Shown: positions 1 to 6,330 of the stretch, one piece after another
How positions within the stretch are numbered: position 1 is the first letter of the stretch
Layout: the number at the start of each line of letters is the position of its first letter
Source: Naegleria gruberi
Lineage: Eukaryota
Assembly (NCBI GenBank): GCA_000004985.1
Contig: GG739154.1
Reading direction: 5' to 3' (one strand)
DNA: 6,418 nucleotides
Program-made: the position numbers and the translations under genes
The notes under the pieces: generated by a model
The model's database searches: none
What the model was told of the DNA's origin: nothing
The model's input: the letters and a program-made list of their open reading frames with translations, nothing else

Positions 1-484
1 AGAATTGAAAGATCAGATAGATTTCATATTAGATAGAAATTGTGTTACAAGCAACCAAACATTATCTGTCTAGAAAATCCCTCCGTTTTTTCCTAGAAAT
101 TCCAACTTTATACTTAGGTATGACCTTAGTGAAACAACAAGATAATGAAAAAACAGGTAGTAATGGATGTTTTCCATCTACCATGTTGGTTTTATCATTT
201 TAAATGATATATTGAAGAAGCCTAGGGATGCAAACACACTTTTTTTGGAAAACGAACTTCTGTCTATGGTATTATGTCTGAAAAAATCTGATGCTTTCGA
301 GATATAGTCGTTAACTGAAGCAGTACTATATACTGTAAACTAGATACCTTCTTTTCCACTTTCAAATAATTTCTTTTTATGAAAAGTTCTGTAATCTTCA
401 CTTGTATAATTTCCATTTTCATCATTCACAAAAAACTATTACAATAATCAATCCAAATTATTAGAAACCAATTAAAACAAAACA

Positions 485-787
485 ATGAGAAAACTAATCC
501 TTCTCCTAATTGCTCTCTTCCTGATTGCTAGCTATCAAACCGTCACTGCTCAATGGTATGGTGCCTACAATGCTGCCTTCAACGCTGCAACCACTCCATG
601 GATGGCCACAACTGGAGCTTACAATCCTGCTCTCTACAGCAATGCCTACATGGGTGCCAACTCTTTCACTCCTTATTTGGCCACCTCTGCTGCAACAAGC
701 ACAATTCCAATTCTTGCAAATATGCAAGCAAGTAGTGCTGCCTTCAATACTTGGTCAACTATGCCATATGGAGGTATGTATTGGTAA
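485..787 (+). CDS. Secreted low-complexity (Ala/Tyr/Asn/Thr/Ser-rich) protein, 100 aa. The N-terminal signal peptide MRKLILLLIALFLIASYQTVTA has a probable cleavage site before QW.
   Basis: There is an uninterrupted ATG-to-TAA ORF. It opens with a classic n/h/c signal peptide. Codon usage is Caenorhabditis-like (GCT/GCC, CCA, GGA, TTC, CTT/CTC). An A-rich context (aaaacaATG) precedes the start. AATAAA lies at 853..858, about 66 nt after the stop. A weak TATAAT sits at 395..400. The overlapping ORFs 506..727(-), 525..821(+) and 553..735(+) are alternative-frame artefacts. Alternative model: a GTATGT donor at 774 could splice to TTTCAG at 1043..1048, which would give a ...PYGG-VYQ* C-terminus. 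Confidence 0.55.
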   Translation: MRKLILLLIALFLIASYQTVTAQWYGAYNAAFNAATTPWMATTGAYNPALYSNAYMGANSFTPYLATSAATSTIPILANMQASSAAFNTWSTMPYGGMYW

Positions 788-852
788 ATTGAAGAATTGC
801 CAACATACGGTTGGAATGTGAGAAGTCATTGTGATTTGATCAAAGAATTGTG

Positions 853-858
853 AATAAA
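853..858 (+). terminator. AATAAA polyadenylation signal for the 485..787 gene.
   Basis: The hexamer gtgAATAAAgat lies about 66 nt downstream of the TAA at 785..787. This is a typical short nematode 3'UTR length. Confidence 0.45.
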
Positions 859-1104
859 GATTCGTGTTATTAATAATATTTTTTGTTCCAAATGTAAAAG
901 GGAAATCAGTTGACAATAATACTGATTGGAAATATGGAAGAATAAACAAAACTATTTTAATTGCTAAATGATTTAAAATTGGACAAAATGAGATAATTTT
1001 TATTCGCCCATATTTGTATAAATATAAATAGTTATTACAATATTTCAGTCTACCAATGAAAATAAAGCATGGTAGAGAAAGAAGCACCAAGTATTTTAGC
1101 CACA

Positions 1105-1281
1105 TTATTGCCAACAGCAAACATAATTACCAATATAGAGAGGGAGGCACCAACAATTACAACCATCGATACGAAAATTAAGCTCACACGTTCCACAACA
1201 CCAACCAGCTTCACTGAAACTAACGAGAGTTGTTCCAATAAGTACTAGAACCAATAATAGGTGCAACAAGTTCATATTCAT
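1105..1281 (-). CDS. Speculative small secreted Cys-rich peptide, 58 aa: MNMNLLHLLLVLVLIGTTLVSFSEA | GWCCGTCELNFRIDGCNCWCLPLYIGNYVCCWQ. It has 8 Cys and 3 Trp in a 33-aa mature part.
   Basis: The ORF has an ATG at 1281..1279 and a TAA at 1107..1105. It has signal-peptide-like n/h/c architecture followed by a knottin-like Cys spacing. A TTTAAATA (TATA-like) motif lies on the minus strand at 1316..1323, about 35 nt upstream of the ATG. A minus-strand AATAAA lies at 989..994, about 110 nt past the stop. Caveats: the minus strand here is G/T-rich and A-poor, so stops are rare and Cys/Trp/Val/Leu codons are expected by composition. Codon usage (TTG, TTA, CTA, GGT) is not the Caenorhabditis-preferred set. 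A second overlapping ORF in another frame (1050..1238) argues for a compositional artefact. Confidence 0.2.
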   Translation of the reverse strand: MNMNLLHLLLVLVLIGTTLVSFSEAGWCCGTCELNFRIDGCNCWCLPLYIGNYVCCWQ

Positions 1282-1544
1282 TCTTTTATTTGGACTAGCA
1301 ATCAAATCACCGCTGTATTTAAAGATACTGGGAGATTGATATGGTTGGAAAATTGCTTAAAATTCTCAAGTATATATGGAAAATGTACAGATTGCATTAA
1401 AAACACAAAATGTGGAAGTGCTCTATCTTGTCAAATTTCCTATTTTATGGAAAAATTTATGAAATTCTCTCTCAATAATTGTAAACTAGTTCAAATTTTT
1501 TTATCAAATTTGGAAATACTCTTTGTTTGTTTTTGGAAACACAC

Positions 1545-1552
1545 TATAAATA
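1545..1552 (+). promoter_or_regulatory. TATAAATA box for the downstream plus-strand gene.
   Basis: The sequence is acacTATAAATAttctc. It lies 50 nt upstream of the ATG at 1603. The intervening sequence is A/C-rich leader (ccactcaaaaacaaaaccacacacATG). Confidence 0.5.
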
Positions 1553-1602
1553 TTCTCATTTGGCACCGATCATAATTTCCACTCAAAAACAAAACCACAC
1601 AC

Positions 1603-1751
1603 ATGTCAGAAGTTCACATTTACACAATTGAGTGCATTCTCGACCACGTAGGAGCCGATCCAGGAGACACCACTGAATCTGGCTCTGAAATTACAACCTC
1701 AATTACCATTGGTGGAAAGACAAAATCCTCAGGACCATTCACTCTTCCAGT
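1603..1751 (+). CDS. 5' end (first 49 codons) of a protein-coding gene truncated by the assembly gap: MSEVHIYTIECILDHVGADPGDTTESGSEITTSITIGGKTKSSGPFTLP... It has no signal peptide and is probably cytosolic.
   Basis: The ATG sits in an A-rich context downstream of a consensus TATA box. Codon usage is strongly Caenorhabditis-like (GGA, CCA, TTC, CTC, CTT, GAC, ATT). The ORF runs straight into the N-run. The product is unidentifiable from this fragment. Confidence 0.5.
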
Positions 1752-2640
1752 NNNNNNNNNNNNNNNNNNNNNNNNNNNNNNNNNNNNNNNNNNNNNNNNN
1801 NNNNNNNNNNNNNNNNNNNNNNNNNNNNNNNNNNNNNNNNNNNNNNNNNNNNNNNNNNNNNNNNNNNNNNNNNNNNNNNNNNNNNNNNNNNNNNNNNNNN
1901 NNNNNNNNNNNNNNNNNNNNNNNNNNNNNNNNNNNNNNNNNNNNNNNNNNNNNNNNNNNNNNNNNNNNNNNNNNNNNNNNNNNNNNNNNNNNNNNNNNNN
2001 NNNNNNNNNNNNNNNNNNNNNNNNNNNNNNNNNNNNNNNNNNNNNNNNNNNNNNNNNNNNNNNNNNNNNNNNNNNNNNNNNNNNNNNNNNNNNNNNNNNN
2101 NNNNNNNNNNNNNNNNNNNNNNNNNNNNNNNNNNNNNNNNNNNNNNNNNNNNNNNNNNNNNNNNNNNNNNNNNNNNNNNNNNNNNNNNNNNNNNNNNNNN
2201 NNNNNNNNNNNNNNNNNNNNNNNNNNNNNNNNNNNNNNNNNNNNNNNNNNNNNNNNNNNNNNNNNNNNNNNNNNNNNNNNNNNNNNNNNNNNNNNNNNNN
2301 NNNNNNNNNNNNNNNNNNNNNNNNNNNNNNNNNNNNNNNNNNNNNNNNNNNNNNNNNNNNNNNNNNNNNNNNNNNNNNNNNNNNNNNNNNNNNNNNNNNN
2401 NNNNNNNNNNNNNNNNNNNNNNNNNNNNNNNNNNNNNNNNNNNNNNNNNNNNNNNNNNNNNNNNNNNNNNNNNNNNNNNNNNNNNNNNNNNNNNNNNNNN
2501 NNNNNNNNNNNNNNNNNNNNNNNNNNNNNNNNNNNNNNNNNNNNNNNNNNNNNNNNNNNNNNNNNNNNNNNNNNNNNNNNNNNNNNNNNNNNNNNNNNNN
2601 NNNNNNNNNNNNNNNNNNNNNNNNNNNNNNNNNNNNNNNN
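1752..2640. other. Assembly/scaffold gap, 889 N.
   Basis: The run of n is uninterrupted. The ORF-track entries 1603..2649, 1709..2884 and 1739..2788 are mostly X and are artefacts of translating through the gap. Confidence 0.99.
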
Positions 2641-2760
2641 AAATTGTAATTTGTATTCTCTCTCTATGGAGAGGGTGTCTAAATATGGCGATTGTTATAA
2701 CATGTTTAGAATTAGTTTCGTCAAGAATCTGATAATTTTCAAACACAAAAAAACAACAAC

Positions 2761-3210
2761 ATGCCATCTGCCACCAATCATACAACATTCACTTTCCAAT
2801 CTACTTCTCCAAATCACATGTTTGGCATTCTCAAAAGCCAGAAAACAATACAGCTGTCAAAACATGAATCAGTTTTTTGTTTGACATCTGGCATTGACTT
2901 GCAATTCACGCCAACCAAAAAGCAAACCAAGAAAAGAACCAACAAGAAAACTTCCAACAAGAATAATCTTTTAGAAAATTTATCTGATTGCACAACAAGT
3001 GAAATTTCACAAGATTCGACAATGTCACTAATCATTTCACAACATGTCAAACCACAAACTCAATTTATAGCTTCTCCACAACAAACTCCATCAATTTCGA
3101 ATACAACAAGTTCAAATTTGCCAAAATCATCACTTTCGTCCAATGCAAATACGAATGTCAGTAAGAAAGTTATTCGAACTTCAATTTCCATTCGAGAATT
3201 ATTAAATTAA
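2761..3210 (+). CDS. Possible low-complexity Ser/Thr/Asn/Gln/Lys-rich protein of 149 aa with a basic NLS-like stretch (TKKQTKKRTNKKTSNK). It could be a real gene or a downstream exon or fragment of the gap-interrupted gene.
   Basis: The ORF runs from ATG to TAA. Its start context is aaacaacaacATG. AATAAA lies at 3336..3341, about 125 nt downstream. Against it: the coding strand is strikingly G-poor, which suppresses TAG/TGA and inflates ORF length by chance, and the low-complexity composition mirrors the nucleotide bias. Confidence 0.3.
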   Translation: MPSATNHTTFTFQSTSPNHMFGILKSQKTIQLSKHESVFCLTSGIDLQFTPTKKQTKKRTNKKTSNKNNLLENLSDCTTSEISQDSTMSLIISQHVKPQTQFIASPQQTPSISNTTSSNLPKSSLSSNANTNVSKKVIRTSISIRELLN

Positions 3211-3214
3211 AATT

Positions 3215-3365
3215 TAATTTTCATTGAAAAAACAAGGTTCGCACAACAAACATTAAAAAATGGTATTAATTCAAGATTTAATTTCCAAAATGATCAAACT
3301 CTTTCCATTTTTGTAAAATTTAAATATTATTTAAAAATAAATTTAATTTCTCAAAAAATCAAATT
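3215..3365 (+). repeat. Three degenerate direct repeats, with a period of about 60 bp, of the motif ATTTAATTTYC-A-AAAAA(A)YC.
   Basis: The copies are aatttaattttcattgaaaaaac (about 3215), gatttaatttccaaaatgatc (about 3283) and aatttaatttctcaaaaaatc (about 3341). They lie in an extremely AT-rich stretch. Confidence 0.4.
3336..3341 (+). terminator. AATAAA hexamer downstream of the 2761..3210 ORF.
   Basis: The hexamer sits in ttaaaaAATAAAtttaattt, inside an AT-rich repeat block. It would be a plausible polyA signal if the upstream ORF is real. Confidence 0.3.
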
Positions 3366-3639
3366 GTTCTTTTCAATTCCTGATGAAATTTATCATTGCA
3401 AGGAGATCTTGTGCTCTGATGAAGAGAACTACCTCCAAAAAGACAATAATCTAAACCTGTTCGATCACATCAACTTTTTATGACCCAGTGAATTTGTAAA
3501 TTGGGCACAAATTCGTGGAGCTGTCCAAACAGAAACTAAAGAAACAGCAAAGCCTATTCCAGTTGTGTGATCTTTCCACATGATCTCAGTTCATAATAGA
3601 CACAAGAAAACACAATGCTAATAATAAAAATATAATTTT

Positions 3640-4180
3640 ATTTAATTATTGAAATATGTGGAAAGATTTCCAACCTTAATGATCGGAAGTGGACTTGCTG
3701 ATGATATTGATGATAAAAGATATGATGAAGTGAAAATTCCACAACTCTATGAATACTAAGTGGAAAATTCAAACTCTCTTGATGGTGATATTAGACATCC
3801 CTGCTAATGATACTACGTTGTTGAAATTCAATCATCATGATGAAAATATATGGTGAATGATGAATACACCACCAACAAGGTGAAAACTCCAAATATCCAA
3901 AAACTATTATTCGGAGTGTTGTTGATGATGTATTTGAATGGTACTATTCGAAGAAAGTTTGGTTGATGATGAAGTACATGTTGAAATATGGTCCATGTAA
4001 TATTTTAAATATATGCATGTACCTATCTTGATGAAAACAAAATTCCAATCTATGATATTTTTTATGAATGCTAGATACGTCTTTATTGAGTTTGCTGTAT
4101 GATGAAAGTATAATAAAAATTACTACTGTAACTACTATTTAAATGATGTTGAGATGATGATGTGAAAGTTTGGTAGTTTA
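3640..4180 (+). repeat. Degenerate tandem (minisatellite-like) array that is GATGA-rich and C-poor. Its consensus unit is roughly GATGATGAAGTGAAAATTCCAAACTCT, with 30/60-bp spacing.
   Basis: GTGRAAAWTYCMAA occurs at about 3654, 3729, 3759, 3819, 3878, 3975, 4029 and 4163. Each is preceded by TGATGATGAAG-like runs (3701, 3721, 3836, 3921, 3962, 4098, 4151). The top strand is almost C-free and there are no ORFs on either strand. Confidence 0.5.
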
Positions 4181-4545
4181 CAGATATGAAACCACTCAAA
4201 GAATCATCAAGTCATTGACTTTATTTTTAGGTCTTCATTAAGTTGATCAGGTGAAACGGCTTCAAGATGCTTTCTTCTCTCACCCAAAGAAGTGATGGTG
4301 TTGAAAATTAGCATCAAGGTTCTTTTCAGAACCAGCTTTGTTGTTATCTAAGGTCAACCATAGAGAAGAGTGATACTGAGCTACTATTGTCAGTTACTAG
4401 GATGTAACTTGACTTGTTGGTAGAAGTTGAAGATTTGTTTGCTGAAACTCTTTGACGAATGTTAGAGATATTCGTTTTGCTTGGTGTTTGAATTATTTCA
4501 ATACACTTTCTTTTGTTGAGCATAAAAATTATTTATCAACTCAAT

Positions 4546-4551
4546 TTTATT
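4546..4551 (-). terminator. Minus-strand AATAAA (TTTATT on the plus strand) polyadenylation signal for the 4694..5611 gene.
   Basis: It lies about 143 nt downstream (on the minus strand) of the TAA at 4696..4694. No closer canonical hexamer is present. Confidence 0.35.
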
Positions 4552-4693
4552 GTTTACAATTTGTGTTTAAATACTAATGTTACATCGTTCCTCACAACTC
4601 TACACTACTTTATCTCAGTAAACTTTAATAAAAACACCTTTCTTAATTGAGTTTGACGAATTGATCAGTTCAATAATAATAATTTTACTGAGA

Positions 4694-5611
4694 TTAGTGT
4701 AATCTAGTTTTTCCACTACCTGGACATCTTTCTGGACAAGTATTTAAATCAGCATCGTGGAATAAAAAGTGCATTGTTGTGAACATGGTAAGACTACTTT
4801 CATGCTTCATACAATCATCAGAACAAAAGTTCTTACAGAATAACCATGGAATGAATGGACCTTCCCATTGACCAATTGGATAACATTCTTGAACACTGTG
4901 TGAATAGAATAAGACAGCAGAAACTTGACCTTCATGATACATTGGAATAACTGGAACCAAAGTTTTACTCCAACCACTCAAGTGTGGAGCAGTGTAAACA
5001 TCATACCCAAAGTGGGTTCCCATCCCTGATATGCAGGCCCCTTTAATGAATTGACGAGCAGTAGCTAACTTGTCAGTAAGTGGAATTTCAAAATTAAGCT
5101 TTCCTGGTTGGACAATTAAACGATCACCAATTGGTCCTCCATAAATGTCAGTATCTAAAGAGCATGCAAACTTTGGATCACGAGTAGCAATATCAATTTG
5201 ATATCTATCTTTGGAGAGCTTGGTCCAAAATCCTGGAACAGTTGATCCATTCTTTAATTCCTCATGTAATTGAACTCCAAATCCACTCAATTGTCCCTTA
5301 TTGGTATAATAGACAATAACTCTATTATTAATATATGGAATGCCCAAATATTCATGACATACACGAGCACCATCTAACAATTTCCATTCATTAGAGGCAA
5401 CAGCAGCACTTTCATTCAATGGAATTGGAGTTTTGCTGAAGAATGTATGTGTCAAACGATCACCCAATCCTTGGAATTTAGTAACCGATCTAGTATTTTG
5501 AATCATCTTGTCCAATTCAATACCTTGAAGTTCAGAGACAAGCATCATCATGATAACAACAACAGCAAAAGCCACCTTCATCATCACAGAATTATTATTA
5601 ATTCTCATCAT
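4694..5611 (-). CDS. Secreted Cys-containing protein of unknown family, about 305 aa if it starts at MMRINNNSVMMKVAFAVVVIMMMLVSELQG. The mature part has about 10 Cys, N-glycosylation sequons (NES, NGS) and a C-terminal Cys cluster (CKNFCSDDC...CPERC).
   Basis: This is the longest clean ORF in the window (the track gives 4694..5674). The first ATG after a consensus minus-strand TTTTCAG (5667..5661) is at 5611..5609. An alternative start is the ATG ATG at 5584..5579, immediately before the hydrophobic core. There is a clear signal peptide. Codon usage is Caenorhabditis-like (GGA, CCA, CTT). The TAA stop at 4696..4694 is followed by a minus-strand AATAAA. The antisense ORFs 5447..5647(+) and 5550..5795(+) are artefacts. 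I do not recognise a catalytic motif (no HExxH, no GxSxG, no GNHE). Confidence 0.75.
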   Translation of the reverse strand: MMRINNNSVMMKVAFAVVVIMMMLVSELQGIELDKMIQNTRSVTKFQGLGDRLTHTFFSKTPIPLNESAAVASNEWKLLDGARVCHEYLGIPYINNRVIVYYTNKGQLSGFGVQLHEELKNGSTVPGFWTKLSKDRYQIDIATRDPKFACSLDTDIYGGPIGDRLIVQPGKLNFEIPLTDKLATARQFIKGACISGMGTHFGYDVYTAPHLSGWSKTLVPVIPMYHEGQVSAVLFYSHSVQECYPIGQWEGPFIPWLFCKNFCSDDCMKHESSLTMFTTMHFLFHDADLNTCPERCPGSGKTRLH

Positions 5612-5660
5612 CGGAACGGGTGCGCGATTTTTTATGTTTTTTTTTAATGGAGATGAAACT

Positions 5661-5667
5661 CTGAAAA
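5661..5667 (-). promoter_or_regulatory. Consensus nematode 3' splice acceptor TTTTCAG on the minus strand, just upstream of the 4694..5611 CDS. It is either an SL trans-splice site or the acceptor of an upstream 5' exon.
   Basis: The plus strand reads ctgaaaa at 5661..5667. The minus strand therefore reads TTTTCAG|AGTTTCATCTCC..., followed 46 nt later by the first ATG. The in-frame extension of the ORF upstream of this site (MQVFRVSSPLKKNIKNRAPVP) crosses the acceptor and is therefore unlikely to be coding. Confidence 0.35.
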
Positions 5668-5794
5668 CTTGCACAATCTATGAAGTATCCAGTCCGTCCT
5701 TAAGAGTGGAACGGTGTGTTGGGCAACTCCTTTATGTTTGTGTGAGGTCCTTCCTTGAGGCCAATGTTAGTAATAGATTGCAATTATTATTTTA

Positions 5795-5930
5795 AGTGGG
5801 ATGTTGGTAGATGAATGTTCAATGGCTCAAATTCAGTTCTAATTGATGATATGAAGATATTGTGAGAGGAGAATCAACACTAATCGAAGAGATGTTGTTG
5901 AAGTGGAAGATGAAGATGGACCATCTCCAC
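5795..5930 (+). repeat. A second GATGA/GAAGATG-rich, C-poor block related in composition to the 3640..4180 array.
   Basis: It contains gatgaatgttcaatgg, ttgatgatatgaagatattgtgag and gttgttgaagtggaagatgaagatgg. Compare gttgttgatgatgtatttgaatgg and ggttgatgatgaagtacatgttgaaatatgg in the first array. Confidence 0.3.
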
Positions 5931-6234
5931 AACAGTTCCAAATAATTTATACAATTTAATATAAAAATTATGAATCCTCCCTCACCCGATCCATATTTCT
6001 TTCAACAGTCTCACTACCATGTGGATATATTTCACATGAAAAGTTTAAGGAATTATTCCCAGATTGTCTCACGGCCATCAGAAATACAGATGATAGCTAT
6101 CGTCTCTTCTCATCTGAAAAAAGCAAGTTGCAAATTACCTTAATCAAAGCGTAGAAACTTGGAAAGGGGTGGAATTTCATTCGTTTTGAGTTAATACTGA
6201 AAATCTCTCACTCAAACACCATGTCATTGGAATC

Positions 6235-6330
6235 CAGAAGAGAATTTCCTCAGAGATGACAATAAGGAAAAAGAACTTGTCAAGAAAAAGAAGAAACAGA
6301 AACAAAAGAGAATGGAAAAGAAGGAGGAAT
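6235..6330 (+). repeat. Polypurine (GA-rich) low-complexity tract.
   Basis: The sequence is ggaaaaagaacttgtcaagaaaaagaagaaacagaaacaaaagagaatggaaaagaaggaggaa. It is almost devoid of pyrimidines, and only a 28-codon Lys/Arg-rich ORF is embedded in it. Confidence 0.4.

Noticed and set aside
506-821. Overlapping ORFs 506..727(-), 525..821(+) and 553..735(+) inside the 485..787 gene.
   Set aside because: They are alternative-frame or antisense shadows of a biased coding region. They have no start context or signal features, and the in-frame ORF with a signal peptide explains the region.
1014-1060. TATAAATATAAATA (1017..1030) followed by TTTCAG (1043..1048), as a promoter or outron for a plus-strand gene.
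   Set aside because: No plus-strand ORF follows (stops within 10 codons). The motif is more simply part of AT-rich intergenic sequence, or at most the acceptor of the alternative 3' exon model for the 485 gene.
755-1120. The 121-aa minus-strand ORF (MLLAIMWLKYLV...).
   Set aside because: It lies in AT-rich 3'UTR/intergenic DNA. Its translation is dominated by I/L/F/Y/N/K codons as expected from AT-richness. It overlaps the polyA signal of the plus gene and has no supporting motifs.
1261-1575. The 104-aa plus-strand ORF upstream of the 1603 gene.
   Set aside because: It covers the promoter and TATA box of the downstream gene. Its codon usage is poor and its translation is Cys/Lys/Phe-rich in an AT-biased way. 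It is more likely non-coding upstream sequence.
1603-2884. The ORF-track entries 1603..2649(+), 1709..2884(+) and 1739..2788(-), with hundreds of X residues.
   Set aside because: They exist only because the 889-nt N-run contains no stop codons. Only the real sequence at their edges is informative.
3465-3581. A 38-codon minus-strand ORF (MWKDHTTGIGFAVSLVSVWTAPRICAQFTNSLGHKKLM) in a locally GC-richer island with GGA/CCA/GCT codons.
   Set aside because: It is too short, and all three frames close within about 120 nt. There are no flanking splice signals that I can pair convincingly. It could be a micro-exon but cannot be supported from sequence alone.
3700-3900. GAAnnTTC dyads (tGAAaaTTCc, gGAAaaTTCa) read as heat-shock elements, or GGAAAATTCC-like sites read as NF-kB sites.
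   Set aside because: Only two-pentamer units are present, whereas functional HSEs usually need three or more. NF-kB is absent from nematodes. The dyads are intrinsic to the repeat consensus, so I keep this only as a speculative note within the repeat finding.
4200-4690. Plus-strand acceptor-like sites (ctttatttttag at about 4214, ggttcttttcag at about 4320..4329) suggesting a plus-strand exon in the convergent intergenic region.
   Set aside because: All three plus frames hit stops within about 80 nt downstream, and no ORF of useful length follows. This is probably the 3'UTR or downstream region of the minus gene.
5447-5795. The ORFs 5447..5647(+) and 5550..5795(+), antisense to and upstream of the minus-strand gene.
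   Set aside because: They are antisense to the signal-peptide region, where ATGATGATG and polyA/T repeats inflate the ORFs (His-rich HHHDNNN translation). They are composition artefacts.
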